A DNA stretch of 64,000 bases. Source: Patescibacteria group bacterium. GTDB lineage: Bacteria; Patescibacteriota; Patescibacteriia; UBA9934. Made by a program: the position numbers and the translations under genes. Shown here piece after piece: positions 33,753 through 44,062 of the stretch (within the stretch, counting starts at the first letter, position 1; every line of letters starts with the position of its first letter). The notes under the pieces were generated by a model that made no database searches, was not told the origin of the DNA, and saw nothing but the letters and a program-made list of their open reading frames with translations. The DNA lies in the NCBI GenBank assembly GCA_041659765.1, contig JBAZXR010000001.1, positions 182,923 through 246,922 on the forward strand, read 5' to 3'.

Positions 33753-34283
33753 ATGACTCCAAGGAGGAAAGGTTCGGCCAAAAAAGATACAGCTAAACCC
33801 GAGAGAGCGTCGCTTAGAACAGCGGCGATTTTTGCGCAGAAGATGAATGATCGGCGGAGTTATAGTCAGAAAGCGGCTGACGCGCTTACCCAGTATTTTG
33901 GTCGCATGTGGTTTTTGCTTGCGAATGGCCTATTTTTTCTGGTGTGGGTGTTAGTGAATGTCGGTGCTATACCATTCATCCCAGTCTTTGATCCATTTCC
34001 GTTTTTCCTGCTAACCACCTTTGTTTCTCTCGAGGCGATTTTGTTGGCAGTAACGGTTTTAATTTCTGAGAACCGTGCGGCCCGAGTCGCGGAGCTGCGC
34101 GAAGAAATGGATTTCCAAGTGAATGTTCAATCGGAACGGGAGATTACGAAGATTCTGCACATGGTAGATGAAATCCGAACGGCCATGAAGATGAAGTCAA
34201 AGCATGATCCAGAGCTAGCGGCGATGAAAGAAACGATTGACGTTGACAGGCTGGGCGAAGAAATTGAAGAAGAGATGGGGTAG
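33753..34283 (+). CDS. DUF1003-family membrane protein
   Basis: Two TM helices (WFLLANGLFFLVWVLVNVGAIPF, FPFFLLTTFVSLEAILLAVTVLIS), then RAARVAELREEMDFQVNVQSEREI helical tail, typical of DUF1003. Confidence 0.5.
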   Translation: MTPRRKGSAKKDTAKPERASLRTAAIFAQKMNDRRSYSQKAADALTQYFGRMWFLLANGLFFLVWVLVNVGAIPFIPVFDPFPFFLLTTFVSLEAILLAVTVLISENRAARVAELREEMDFQVNVQSEREITKILHMVDEIRTAMKMKSKHDPELAAMKETIDVDRLGEEIEEEMG

Positions 34284-34299
34284 TGGTAGGCTGTTCCGC

Positions 34300-36054
34300 A
34301 TGAACCGGCCCTTGCTCGAGGTGAAAAATTTGCACAAGACGTACGGCAAGCAGGTTGTCCTTGATGACCTATCTTTTGTGGTATCTGAAGGACAGAAGAT
34401 TGCCCTTATTGGCCGGAACGGGGCGGGGAAGTCGACGCTTTTGAATATCCTTATTGGTAAAGAAGAATCTGATAAGGGCGAAGTAGTCATTTTGCCGTGG
34501 ACGCGCGTTGGCGTGGTTGCTCAGCACGAAGTGCTGCCGGAGGACATGACCACTGAGCAATTCCTTGAGGCTCGCGGCGGGAAGCCACAGTGGGAAATAA
34601 GAAAACTTGCAGCGAAGTTTGGTTTGGGCGAAAGGGAGCTCAATCTTCCGCCATCGAAACTCTCTGGCGGTTATCAAATGCGCGTGAAAATTGTCGCCAT
34701 GTTACTTGCCGAGCCGAATCTCTTGCTCCTCGACGAGCCGGTGAACTATCTCGACTTGTCGACCTTGCTTCTCCTTGAAAGATTCCTCGCTGAGTACGAG
34801 GGAAGTTTTATCGTGACGGCGCACGATCGAGAATTCCTCCAGAATACCTGTACGGATACTTTTGAAATTGAACGCGCCGAGCTGACCACATATCCTGGAG
34901 CTGTTGAAGAATACTTTGCGTGGAAAGAAGAACAAAAAGAATTTCAGTTAAGAACAAATAAAAGGTTGAAGCGGGAAATCGCACATCACCAGGATTTCGT
35001 CGATCGATTCAGATTCAAAGCGAGCCAGGCCTCGAGAGCTCAAAGTAAGATTAAGCACATCGCAAAACTGCGTCATCAAATTGCCGCTGTTCACGGCGCG
35101 TTGGCTACTTCGAGGATTGTCATTCCGACACCGCACGTTGTTCCCGGTACTGCTGTTCGAGCCGATAAACTTTCGGTTGGCTACGGCGACAAAGTGATTG
35201 CGAGTGATATCACTTTCGAGTTCAAGCGCGGTGAGAAGATCGTTATCGCCGGAGAAAATGGAAAGGGTAAGTCGACGTTGCTCAAAACCCTCGCAGGTAA
35301 ACTCGAACCGCTTGCTGGGTCATATAAGTGGTTCTATAAAGCGGACATCGGGTATTACGACCAGAAAACGGATGCCTCGTTGATTCCTCAAGAGACGATT
35401 CTCGCCTATTTGACGAAGATGGCGCCAGTCATGACTTCTGGCGAACGAATCCTGATGATGGCGGGGAACTTCTTATTTAGAAATGATGACCTGGAGAAAA
35501 CTTGCAGCGTTCTGTCCGGTGGCGAACGGGCTCGGCTGTGTTTGGCCGGCATTTTGCTGCGCGAGCATAACGTCCTCATTCTCGACGAGCCGACTAACCA
35601 TTTGGATGTTGAAACCGCCGAAGCTCTGGCCCTCGCCCTTAAGGAGTACGGAGGCACGGTTATCTTTGTGTCCCATGCTCGAACTTTCGTGAATGCGTTG
35701 GCTGATCAAATCTACGAGATTCGAGGAGGCACATTGAGGCATTACATTGGGACGTATGAGGAGTACGTGGATGATCTAGCAGAGCTAGCTGATGCTTCAG
35801 TAGCCGAGGTGACGACGAAGAAAGACAACTCTGCCGCCCGCATTGAAGCCAACGCTTTACAGAAAGAAGAACGCAAGCGTCAGGACAAATTAAAACAAAA
35901 ACTCGCTGGCTTGGAAAAAGAGCGAAGCGAGATTTTGGCGTACTTTTTTGAGAATCCGACGGACTACGCACCGGCCAAAGCTACAAGGCTCAAGGAGATT
36001 GATGAGGAGATCGAGAAAATCATTCGACAGTCCCCGACACCAGGAGGGGCCTAG
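34300..36054 (+). CDS. ABC-F family ATPase (two tandem ABC domains, no TM)
   Basis: Two Walker A motifs (GRNGAGKST, GENGKGKST), two signatures (LSGGYQMR, LSGGERAR), inter-domain linker, C-terminal Lys/Glu-rich coiled coil. Confidence 0.8.
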   Translation: MNRPLLEVKNLHKTYGKQVVLDDLSFVVSEGQKIALIGRNGAGKSTLLNILIGKEESDKGEVVILPWTRVGVVAQHEVLPEDMTTEQFLEARGGKPQWEIRKLAAKFGLGERELNLPPSKLSGGYQMRVKIVAMLLAEPNLLLLDEPVNYLDLSTLLLLERFLAEYEGSFIVTAHDREFLQNTCTDTFEIERAELTTYPGAVEEYFAWKEEQKEFQLRTNKRLKREIAHHQDFVDRFRFKASQASRAQSKIKHIAKLRHQIAAVHGALATSRIVIPTPHVVPGTAVRADKLSVGYGDKVIASDITFEFKRGEKIVIAGENGKGKSTLLKTLAGKLEPLAGSYKWFYKADIGYYDQKTDASLIPQETILAYLTKMAPVMTSGERILMMAGNFLFRNDDLEKTCSVLSGGERARLCLAGILLREHNVLILDEPTNHLDVETAEALALALKEYGGTVIFVSHARTFVNALADQIYEIRGGTLRHYIGTYEEYVDDLAELADASVAEVTTKKDNSAARIEANALQKEERKRQDKLKQKLAGLEKERSEILAYFFENPTDYAPAKATRLKEIDEEIEKIIRQSPTPGGA

Positions 36055-36073
36055 AGGCGGTGCAATTGGGTCG

Positions 36074-36622
36074 CTATTTAAATAGCACCTTCCTGAGTTC
36101 TTCGATATTTCCCTCGGCCTTCATTCGATAGACCAGATTTGAACTCTCTTTTTCAAGGAATGTTGAGGAACGAACCTTTTCGACGAATTCATCAAATGTG
36201 TACTCTTCCGGATAGATTTTCTCTCCGGGGTCGAGTTTTTGTTCGGCGACCTTTTTGCAGTTCCGGGCAATGAACACGCACATCTTCCACTCCATTTTGC
36301 CGAACGAATCATAGGTCCAAAGAAGTTCCCAGTCGTCAGATGCTAAGCCCGTCTCTTCCAGGAGCTCTCGTTTTGCGGTTTCCAGATCCGTTTCTCCTTC
36401 CTCTTGTCGCCCACCAATGAAAGAATATTTTTCCTCGGCAAGTGGCTGCTGTTCGCGTGCGAGAATGATTTTATCTCCCATAACGGGAATGACTTGAATA
36501 GTTGCGGGCCGCTTTAGTCGCTCAAATGTTGCCATTGAGCCATCGAACATTTCTTGCTCCCATTGGTATACGTCAAAAATAACACCTTTAAATACTCGTT
36601 TTGCTGAAGCGGGAATTTTCAT
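36074..36622 (-). CDS. NUDIX hydrolase
   Basis: Nudix box GGRQEEGETDLETAKRELLEETG. Confidence 0.75.
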   Translation of the reverse strand: MKIPASAKRVFKGVIFDVYQWEQEMFDGSMATFERLKRPATIQVIPVMGDKIILAREQQPLAEEKYSFIGGRQEEGETDLETAKRELLEETGLASDDWELLWTYDSFGKMEWKMCVFIARNCKKVAEQKLDPGEKIYPEEYTFDEFVEKVRSSTFLEKESSNLVYRMKAEGNIEELRKVLFK

Positions 36623-36625
36623 AAT

Positions 36626-36967
36626 TTAATTGACCTGCCTATGTTGCTCCGGATACCACGCCGGCGTGCAGGGAAGGAATACCGTAAGCGTTCCTTCCCA
36701 GTGGTACTTTTCTCCAGGCTCAATGACGACGAGGTCGCCTTCGTTAAGCGGAACTTCGACTCCCTCGACGACTACTTTCCCCGAGCCCTTGATGACATAA
36801 CCCATCTCTTTACATTTGAGGTTTGTTACTCTGCCTTGTGACGGGTATCTTCCAGTAATTTCCGCCACCGCGCCGTTCATTTCCTTGTCATCTGAAGGGT
36901 ATCCAAAGACAACGCAGTTTTCGTTGTTGCTATGCTGTTGTACTTGAGATTTTTGAACGATCCGCAT
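36626..36967 (-). CDS. cupin-domain protein
   Basis: 113 aa. GEKYHWEG and GDLVVIEPGEKY typical of cupin_2. Confidence 0.55.
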   Translation of the reverse strand: MRIVQKSQVQQHSNNENCVVFGYPSDDKEMNGAVAEITGRYPSQGRVTNLKCKEMGYVIKGSGKVVVEGVEVPLNEGDLVVIEPGEKYHWEGTLTVFLPCTPAWYPEQHRQVN

Positions 36968-36969
36968 AT

Positions 36970-37323
36970 CTATTTTATGGGCTCGAATTTCAGCATCTTA
37001 ACCATCGTATCCTCCGTTACTTGGTCACCGTAATACTTTTTGTACGCCCGCAGTCGGTCATCAGCGTCTTTGAAGCGTTCGTGTCCTTCGGAGATTTCGT
37101 CTTCGCCCGTAATATCGCCGAGTCTTTTCTCGCGTACGGCCGTGATACGAGCACTGGCGAATTCTTTGCCCGTGTCTTTATCGATGAATATCAATTCATC
37201 GCCTACTTGGAGATTTTTCTCGTCGAACAACCTCCACGTCGACGTCTTCTCGCCGGAAAGGACGAGTGGGACGAGGTTAGGGGCAAATTTGAGAGTTTTC
37301 ATATATGCAATCCAATAGCCCAC
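36970..37323 (-). CDS. ASCH-domain protein (PUA-like)
   Basis: FAPNLVPLVLSGEKTSTWRLFDEKN start typical of ASCH. Confidence 0.6.
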   Translation of the reverse strand: MGYWIAYMKTLKFAPNLVPLVLSGEKTSTWRLFDEKNLQVGDELIFIDKDTGKEFASARITAVREKRLGDITGEDEISEGHERFKDADDRLRAYKKYYGDQVTEDTMVKMLKFEPIK

Positions 37324-37369
37324 CTCTAGATCCTTCGCCTACGCTCAGGATCGAATGCTGTTGGCCAAC

Positions 37370-37717
37370 CTACACACCATGGCACTCTTTAAACTTTTTT
37401 CCGCTGCCGCAGAAGCAGTCAGAAAGTTCCTCTTCCAGTTTACCGATTTCGCTTTTTGAACTCCCTGGATTGAGACGGAGACGGTAAAGGCGCTGGTAGG
37501 GGCCGGTGTGTTGTCTGATTTCTTCGAGGGCTGACTTCCATTCTTCAAATTCGGTGGCAGAGTCGGCCTTTTGCTGCAGTTCTTGTTCGCGGTCGACAAT
37601 TTCTTGTGGAATGACTACGGGATATCTTTCTAGGTAGGTGGCAAACTTCTGGTGATTCTCCACGAAGTGATCCGTACGCTTCATTCGAGCTTCCCGTTCT
37701 TGGTCGCCGGTATCCAT
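37370..37717 (-). CDS. SEC-C motif domain protein (YecA-like)
   Basis: C-terminal CFCGSGKKFKECHG is a SEC-C zinc-binding motif. Confidence 0.6.
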   Translation of the reverse strand: MDTGDQEREARMKRTDHFVENHQKFATYLERYPVVIPQEIVDREQELQQKADSATEFEEWKSALEEIRQHTGPYQRLYRLRLNPGSSKSEIGKLEEELSDCFCGSGKKFKECHGV

Positions 37718-37721
37718 AAGG

Positions 37722-38468
37722 TTATTTCTTAAATCCCGTCATCGCCTGTAAAATCTCGAGCGGCACTGTGAAGACCACTGTGTTTGATGCATCTGAGCTG
37801 ATGTCGTTGATGGCGTTCAGCGTGCGCAGATGGAGAGCTCCTGGAGTTTCGGCGAGTAACTTAGCGGCCTTTGAAAGGTTTTCGGCAGCGGCTAGTTCAC
37901 CTTCGGCGTTAATGATAACGGCGCGGCGCTCGCGTTCGGCTTCAGCTTGTTTTCCAATCGTTCTGACCATGTCACCGAGCAAGTTGATATCTTTTAACTC
38001 GACCGAGGTGACTTCAACGCCCCAGGCGAGGGTGACTTCGTCCACTTGCTTTTCAATCTTTTCGGAAATGGTAGCGCGCTGAGAGAGAAGTTCGTCGAGC
38101 GTGACCTCGCCAATGATGTTGCGCATGGTGGTTTGGGCCAGTTGAAGGACGGCGTAGCTCACATTTTCTACATCAATGATTGCCTTGGCGGGATCAACAA
38201 TCTTGTAGTAAATGACGGCGTTGATTTTAGCGGACACGTTGTCTTTGGTGATTGTTTCTTGCGATGGGACGTCTACGGCTTTTAAGCGGAGGTCAACTTT
38301 ACGCATAAATTGAAAGACGGGAATCACCACGCGCCAGCCCGGTTCCGCCATGCTCGAATATCTACCCATGGTGAATCTGATACCGCGCTCGTACTGGTTG
38401 ACTTGCTTCAACGTGGCGAGAAACAAGACGCCGAGCCCGATGATAACGGGAAACAATAGTTCAAGCAT
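37722..38468 (-). CDS. SPFH/band-7 (stomatin/prohibitin-like) membrane protein
   Basis: N-terminal TM, then band-7 core (QETITKDNVSAKINAVIYYKIVDP...) and a coiled-coil tail. Confidence 0.75.
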   Translation of the reverse strand: MLELLFPVIIGLGVLFLATLKQVNQYERGIRFTMGRYSSMAEPGWRVVIPVFQFMRKVDLRLKAVDVPSQETITKDNVSAKINAVIYYKIVDPAKAIIDVENVSYAVLQLAQTTMRNIIGEVTLDELLSQRATISEKIEKQVDEVTLAWGVEVTSVELKDINLLGDMVRTIGKQAEAERERRAVIINAEGELAAAENLSKAAKLLAETPGALHLRTLNAINDISSDASNTVVFTVPLEILQAMTGFKK

Positions 38469-38477
38469 ATCTATTGA

Positions 38478-39359
38478 TTAAAGAAAACGAGTTATTTTAG
38501 AGGCAGGAACGTTGCCTGCCGTTACGTCTATAAGGTAGTGAAGAAAGGGTAGACGCGCAAGATCATCCGCCAGGAGCTTTTTGAAGCAGGGAATACTCAT
38601 GGTGCCTTCGCTTTTTAGTTCAGCACCGATCACGTTTTTGCCGATAGCTATGCCGACCATGTGATTGCGGGAATTAGTGCTTTCGCCGGTAGTGAATAGA
38701 TCACCTAAGCCAGCCTCAGAGAGCACGGTGCTGGCCTTACCACCTAGCTTACTAATAATTTGTCTCATTTCTTTGACCGCCCGAGACATGAGTACACCTT
38801 TGGCGTTGACGCCGAGCTCGAGTCCGTCGGCGATACCCAGGCCGAGCACGTAGGTATTTTTTAGCACTCCGCATAAAGCAACCCCGCGGACATCAGCCGT
38901 TCCGCGAATATGCAAAACAGTTCCTTTGAAGAGTGAAATGACGAGCTTGCGCACATCCGTATCTGCGCTTCCAATAATTCCGGTGGTATGTTTGCCGGCC
39001 ATTAGTTCTTCTGCAATCATCGGGCCGGCCAGGATGCCGACCGGATGTCCCGGAACCATTTCTTGTAAGAGTATGTCTGTAGTTTTACAGGTTTCGGCTT
39101 CAATGCCTTTTGATAGGGAGATGAGCGGTACCCCCTCCTTTAGATGAAGGTGGACCGAATGTAGAACGCCGCGCAGAGTCCAGGAAGGAATACATAGAAA
39201 AATAAGGTCACTGGCCTCGACTACCGATTCTAAAGTGCCTTGGTTGGGATATTTTTCTGTGTTGACATCCCAGGGTCTTATTACGATATCTGGTTTCCCT
39301 TTGAGTACCGAGTGAATGGCTGAACCAATTTCTCCGTAGCCGATAATGCCAATGTTCAT
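38478..39359 (-). CDS. gpsA: NAD(P)H-dependent glycerol-3-phosphate dehydrogenase
   Basis: MNIGIIGYGEIGSA Rossmann, SKGIE, LAGPMIAEEL, GLGDLFTTGESTNSRNHMVG (GDL...SRNrrxG). Confidence 0.65.
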   Translation of the reverse strand: MNIGIIGYGEIGSAIHSVLKGKPDIVIRPWDVNTEKYPNQGTLESVVEASDLIFLCIPSWTLRGVLHSVHLHLKEGVPLISLSKGIEAETCKTTDILLQEMVPGHPVGILAGPMIAEELMAGKHTTGIIGSADTDVRKLVISLFKGTVLHIRGTADVRGVALCGVLKNTYVLGLGIADGLELGVNAKGVLMSRAVKEMRQIISKLGGKASTVLSEAGLGDLFTTGESTNSRNHMVGIAIGKNVIGAELKSEGTMSIPCFKKLLADDLARLPFLHYLIDVTAGNVPASKITRFL

Positions 39360-39416
39360 ATGAAAGAATTATACCAGTTGACTAGTAATAGAGGATAGGC
39401 AAATAATATTTACACT

Positions 39417-40652
39417 ATGGATAATGAATCTTTAAAGAAATCTTTTTTGTTTGGGTTTCTGGGTGCCTGTGCTTGTAACGCGATGTTGATTTTTGGGGTG
39501 GTGGCTGTCATAAAACATACTGACGTTGGCTCTTGGGTGGCACAAAATCTGAATATTCAGCCGGCGGCGGCCTCGAGTTCGCCAGTGATCCTGACTGACT
39601 CGACGGGTAAAGCCGACAATATTGTCAGCGTGGTAGAAAAGGCGAATCCAGCGGTAGTCGCGATCGTTATTAGTAAGGACGTGCCGGTGATGGAGCAATA
39701 CATGCAGAATTTCAATCCGTTCGGAAACGGCAGGGGAGGATTTCAGATTCCGCAGTACCGCCAGAACGGAACTAAGAAGCAGGAAGTAGGCGGGGGAAGC
39801 GGGTTTTTTGTGAGCGATGACGGTTATCTCGTGTCGAACGCCCACGTGGTGGCTGATGACTCGGCCGAATACACCGTATTTTTGACCGACGGAACAAAGT
39901 ACGAGGCGAAGATGATCGCCAAAGATACCGTGCTCGACATCGCCCTCTTAAAGGTGGAGGCGAAGGGCGTGCCATATCTTTCGTTCGGCGATTCTGAGTC
40001 GCTCAAGGTGGGCCAGTCGGTGATTGCTATTGGGAATGCGCTCGGCGAATACCGCAACACCGTTTCCGCGGGCGTGGTGTCTGGTCTTGCTCGATCCGTC
40101 TCGGCTTCGACAAATTATGGAAATTCGGAAACCTTGCCGAACGTGATTCAGACTGATGCAGCGATTAATCCGGGGAACTCGGGCGGACCGCTCCTTGACC
40201 TCGTTGGCCATGTCATCGGAGTAAACGTGGCGGCGAGTACGGGCGGGGCAGAAAATATTGGTTTCGCGTTGCCAGCGAATGCCGTGAAGAAGGCGGTTGA
40301 TTCGATCAAGGAGAACGGACGGGTCATTCGACCATACATCGGCGTTCGCTACATCCCGATCACCGACGAGGTGAAGAATGCGAATGATCTAACCGTTGAT
40401 TATGGGGTACTTGTGCTGCGCGGGGCGAGGATGGGCGATCTAGCAGTTGTCCCCGGTTCGCCTGCTGACAAGGCGGGACTAGAGGAGAACGATATTATTC
40501 TGGAAATTAATGGTGAGAAGGTGACCTCAAAGACGCCTCTTGAAAATATGATCGCCTCGCACAGTGTGGGCGACAAGATTTCGCTCAAGATTCAACATGA
40601 TGGGAAGGATAAGACGGTGACCGTAACTTTAGAGGAGCGAAAAACCGATTAG
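39417..40652 (+). CDS. HtrA/DegP-family serine protease with C-terminal PDZ domain
   Basis: N-terminal TM, catalytic His (VSNAHVV), Asp (DIALLKV), GNSGGPL serine motif, PDZ (GVLVLRGARMGDLAVVPGSPADKAGLEENDIILEING). Confidence 0.85.
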   Translation: MDNESLKKSFLFGFLGACACNAMLIFGVVAVIKHTDVGSWVAQNLNIQPAAASSSPVILTDSTGKADNIVSVVEKANPAVVAIVISKDVPVMEQYMQNFNPFGNGRGGFQIPQYRQNGTKKQEVGGGSGFFVSDDGYLVSNAHVVADDSAEYTVFLTDGTKYEAKMIAKDTVLDIALLKVEAKGVPYLSFGDSESLKVGQSVIAIGNALGEYRNTVSAGVVSGLARSVSASTNYGNSETLPNVIQTDAAINPGNSGGPLLDLVGHVIGVNVAASTGGAENIGFALPANAVKKAVDSIKENGRVIRPYIGVRYIPITDEVKNANDLTVDYGVLVLRGARMGDLAVVPGSPADKAGLEENDIILEINGEKVTSKTPLENMIASHSVGDKISLKIQHDGKDKTVTVTLEERKTD

Positions 40653-40739
40653 TTGGGCTTGTGGATAGTTTTTCCCAGCATTTTAAGGCCTGTGCTACGC
40701 TTGCCGGCGTAAAAGGTTAATGAATTAAAGAATTTCCAT

Positions 40740-41021
40740 ATGGCACGTCTAACGAAGGCACAGATCATGACCGCACTTTCAGAAACCTGGGGCGTCTCCA
40801 AGAAGGATGCTTCTGACATGTATGACAAGTTCATGGCTGTAGTTTTCTCTGAGATCAAGCGCTCTGGCGAGTTCGTTATGCCAGGCCTCGGCAAGCTCGT
40901 TAAGAAGAACCGTCCAGCACGCATGGGCCGCAACCCAGCCACTGGCGAGACCATCAAGATCCCAGCCAAGACCGTTCTCAAGTTCGGCGTTAGCAAAGCA
41001 GCTAAGGAAGCTCTTCTCTAA
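40740..41021 (+). CDS. hup: HU-family DNA-binding protein
   Basis: 93 aa. GLGKLVKKNRPARMGRNPATGETIKIPAKTVLKFGVSKAAKEAL matches the HU arm. Confidence 0.85.
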   Translation: MARLTKAQIMTALSETWGVSKKDASDMYDKFMAVVFSEIKRSGEFVMPGLGKLVKKNRPARMGRNPATGETIKIPAKTVLKFGVSKAAKEALL

Positions 41022-41049
41022 TTTCAGAGAAGTTAAGCACACGTTAAAA

Positions 41050-41080
41050 CAAAAATCCTCGACAACAGTCGGGGATTTTT
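41050..41080 (+). terminator. intrinsic terminator after hup
   Basis: AAAAATCCTCGAC-AACA-GTCGGGGATTTTTG. Confidence 0.6.
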
Positions 41081-41099
41081 GATAAAAGGGGTACAGACT

Positions 41100-42314
41100 A
41101 TGCGTCGCCTAGTAACCATTATCCCAACCAGCTTTGTTCTAGCCGCGATGGTTTTGTTTGGGGCGTTTGTTAACCAGCCTTCTGCTCCTCATGATTTGGC
41201 TGCGGCCGAACCGGCGGTGAAGGACGCTGTGGCCGTTGTTTTGAAGAGCCGAGAAGCAGAGATTTTGCGCTCTGATGACGCTTCTTTTGGCGACAAGGAC
41301 ACCATTAATATCCTGACCCTCGGGCTGGACTCGCGTAAGGAGGGAGCTTACGCGCATTGCGACGCCATTCACATGGTGAGCCTGAACGTGAAGACGTGGA
41401 CGATGACCATCATCTCGGTGCCTCGCGGAACTTCTACTTCGTTGCCGCCCATTGCTGGCCACACTTATTTGCCGACCGACTATTACCTAGCGAATGCTTG
41501 TTACTTTGGCGGACTCGACTACGGGGTGAAGCGGATAGAGCAGGTGGCCGGCGTGAAAGCTGACTACGTAGCCACCGTTGGTTTTTCTGAGGCGATTGGG
41601 ATTTTTCGAGCGCTCAATCTGCCGACTACTGACACGCTCGAGTTTTTGAGACATCGACGAAGCTACCAAATTGGCGATCCACAAAGAAGCGCCAACCAGG
41701 GCGTGTTCATGAAAGACATTTTGCTCAAGCTCACGAGCGGGGATAAGATTCCCACTCCGTTCCTGTATCTCATGTACAAGTTCGTACATACAGATATGGA
41801 CTTCGCGACGGTGAAAGCACTTTATGATGCGTACTACGCGGCGGGGATTGGCCAGCATCCGGAGTCTGTTGCCTTGGCCATCAAGCCTGAGTATGCAGTG
41901 AAGGAAATGCATTTTGATTCGACGAACGCTGATGAACAGGTGGGCGCACTAATCGACTTTTTAAAGGGCAAGGTTTCCAAAGATGATTTGTCGCTGCGCA
42001 CGATTGATGACGTTCAGACTGAACTTGTTACGTATTTGCGAGCTGGGTTATCGAATGACGAAGTAGTGGCACGAGTGTACGGTGCGCAGTTGTGGCAACA
42101 GGTGGAAGATGATGACGTGCGCGAAGAACTTGAATTTAGATACCTTGATAAATATGTTTTGCAGATCGTCGAGCAAGACCCGCAGGCCGCCGAGCAAACC
42201 ATTAGTGATTACATTTTAGTGAAAGACTATTACGGATTGACGGAGTGGAAAGATAAGGGCGCCAGGTTGCTTGACTCCTTCCTCCGGCTTCATCCAGAAC
42301 TTGCTCCTGAATAG
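41100..42314 (+). CDS. LytR-CpsA-Psr (LCP) family cell-envelope phosphotransferase
   Basis: Track ORF begins at TTG 41079; ATG at 41100 has AAAAGGGG upstream. N-terminal TM, LCP core DSRKEGAYAHCDAIHMVSLNVKTWTMTIISVPRGT. Confidence 0.7.
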   Translation: MRRLVTIIPTSFVLAAMVLFGAFVNQPSAPHDLAAAEPAVKDAVAVVLKSREAEILRSDDASFGDKDTINILTLGLDSRKEGAYAHCDAIHMVSLNVKTWTMTIISVPRGTSTSLPPIAGHTYLPTDYYLANACYFGGLDYGVKRIEQVAGVKADYVATVGFSEAIGIFRALNLPTTDTLEFLRHRRSYQIGDPQRSANQGVFMKDILLKLTSGDKIPTPFLYLMYKFVHTDMDFATVKALYDAYYAAGIGQHPESVALAIKPEYAVKEMHFDSTNADEQVGALIDFLKGKVSKDDLSLRTIDDVQTELVTYLRAGLSNDEVVARVYGAQLWQQVEDDDVREELEFRYLDKYVLQIVEQDPQAAEQTISDYILVKDYYGLTEWKDKGARLLDSFLRLHPELAPE

Positions 42315-42357
42315 CAAAACCCGCCGTCCAGCTTACGCAGGACAGGCGGGTTTTTAG

Positions 42358-42588
42358 TTACGAGGCGAGCTTACGAAGGTCGAACATTTTTCCTTCCTTC
42401 ATCCACTTTCTAAGCGTGCGGAGACCGCGACCAGAAACTGTGATCCGGTGGGCTTTCCCAGTAGCCGGGTTCACGACCGTTCTCGGCTGGAGATTCGGCA
42501 TCTGGCGGCGCTTCGTCTTCACGTTGGAGTGGCTGACGTTGTTACCCGTCAGTGGCCGCTTGCCCGTAATAGCGCAGACTTTGGCCAT
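42358..42588 (-). CDS. rpmB: 50S ribosomal protein L28
   Basis: [34 protein letters not shown] is canonical L28. Confidence 0.85.
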   Translation of the reverse strand: MAKVCAITGKRPLTGNNVSHSNVKTKRRQMPNLQPRTVVNPATGKAHRITVSGRGLRTLRKWMKEGKMFDLRKLAS

Positions 42589-42675
42589 ACGAAACGAAAA
42601 TTAAGACTGTAGGAGTTTACTTGAAAGGAGGAATTACGTCAAACGGTAACTCACCTTTGTTATACTTCATTCAAT

Positions 42676-44034
42676 ATGAAAGAGCTTCACGGGGGAGAGG
42701 GCGCGGCGCATGTGGTGGCCGTGAGCATGGGCTATGGGCATGAACGGGCGGCGTCTAGCCTCAAGCCTTTTGCGGTGGACAAGAACATTATTATCGCTAA
42801 TGACTATCCAGGCATTCCGGATAATGACAGAAATACCTGGGCCTTAAGCAGGCGCTGGTATGAACGAATTTCTCGGTTTAAGAAGTTTCCAGTGGTGGGC
42901 GAGGCCGTATTTAGCCTCCTTGATTGGTCACAGCAAATCGAGCCTTTTTATCCCCGCCGTGACCTGTCTGAGCCGACTCTTCAGCTTCGGAGCACCTACG
43001 CGCTTATTCGGCAAAGGGGCTGGTGCAAACATCTCGTGGAGACGCTTGCTAAGCATCCTAAACCGCTGGTCTCAACGTTTATGAGTCCGGCTTTTGCGGC
43101 CGAAGAATATAACTATCCCGAAGATATTTATATTGTGTGTTGTGATGCGGACGTTGCCCGCCCATGGGCGCCACTTAATCCGTACAAGAGTCGCATTAAA
43201 TATCTTGCGCCCACGGGTCGAGTTGCAGAACGGTTGCAGCTTTACGGTGTTAAGAGCGAGAACATCATGCTCACGGGATTTCCGTTGCCGATGGAAGCCG
43301 TTGGCGGTCCGGAAGCAAAACAAGCAATCAGCGACCTGTCCCGTCGCATGTGCCACCTTGACCCGAAGGGTATCTTTTTGTCACAAGCCGCGGTCATGCT
43401 GGAGGCGCAGATGGGCTCTTTGTTTTGCGAGAATGTAAAGAAAAAAAATGGCAACGCAGTCTCCGTGACGTTTGCTATTGGTGGCGCTGGCGCTCAGCGC
43501 GAGATAGGGGCGACGGCAGCGAAGTCTCTCGCGCAAAGTATCCTGGCCGGTAAACTCCAACTCAATCTCATCGCGGGCATCCGGCCAGAAGTCGGCGAAT
43601 ATTTCCGTGGGGAGCTCAAGAAAGCTGGACTAATGGACGCATTGAACGACGGTCGCGTGGTCATTGTTGAGAACAAAGATCGCAACCAGTATTTCTCGAC
43701 GTTTAATAAGCTGATGATGGAGACCGACATTCTTTGGACAAAGCCGTCCGAGCTTTCGTTCTACGCCGGTCTTGGTATTCCTATTTTAATGTCACCAACG
43801 GTGGGAAGCCAAGAAGACTTCAACCGCGACTGGCTCTTCCAGGTAGGCGCCGGAGTCATGGCGCTTGATCCCCGTTACGCTGACGAATGGCTCTGGGACT
43901 GGATTAACGGCGGCGCCTTTGCCCGCATGGCTTGGAACGGGTATATCAACGCTCCCACCCACGGCGCTTATAGAATCGAAGACGTGGTGAGGGGTCGGCC
44001 GTTTACTATGCATGCATTGCCGATTGTGGTTTAA
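42676..44034 (+). CDS. GT-B-fold glycosyltransferase, putative (MGDG-synthase/MurG-like)
   Basis: N-terminal VVAVSMGYGHERAA and central FAIGGAGAQ resemble GT28-type signatures. 452 aa. Confidence 0.3.
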   Translation: MKELHGGEGAAHVVAVSMGYGHERAASSLKPFAVDKNIIIANDYPGIPDNDRNTWALSRRWYERISRFKKFPVVGEAVFSLLDWSQQIEPFYPRRDLSEPTLQLRSTYALIRQRGWCKHLVETLAKHPKPLVSTFMSPAFAAEEYNYPEDIYIVCCDADVARPWAPLNPYKSRIKYLAPTGRVAERLQLYGVKSENIMLTGFPLPMEAVGGPEAKQAISDLSRRMCHLDPKGIFLSQAAVMLEAQMGSLFCENVKKKNGNAVSVTFAIGGAGAQREIGATAAKSLAQSILAGKLQLNLIAGIRPEVGEYFRGELKKAGLMDALNDGRVVIVENKDRNQYFSTFNKLMMETDILWTKPSELSFYAGLGIPILMSPTVGSQEDFNRDWLFQVGAGVMALDPRYADEWLWDWINGGAFARMAWNGYINAPTHGAYRIEDVVRGRPFTMHALPIVV

Positions 44035-44062
44035 TCCGTGCAAATCAATATAAACAATAACT

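Noticed and set aside
34369-35971. Antisense ORFs across the ABC-F gene
   Set aside because: They lie inside a confidently called two-domain ABC ATPase gene.
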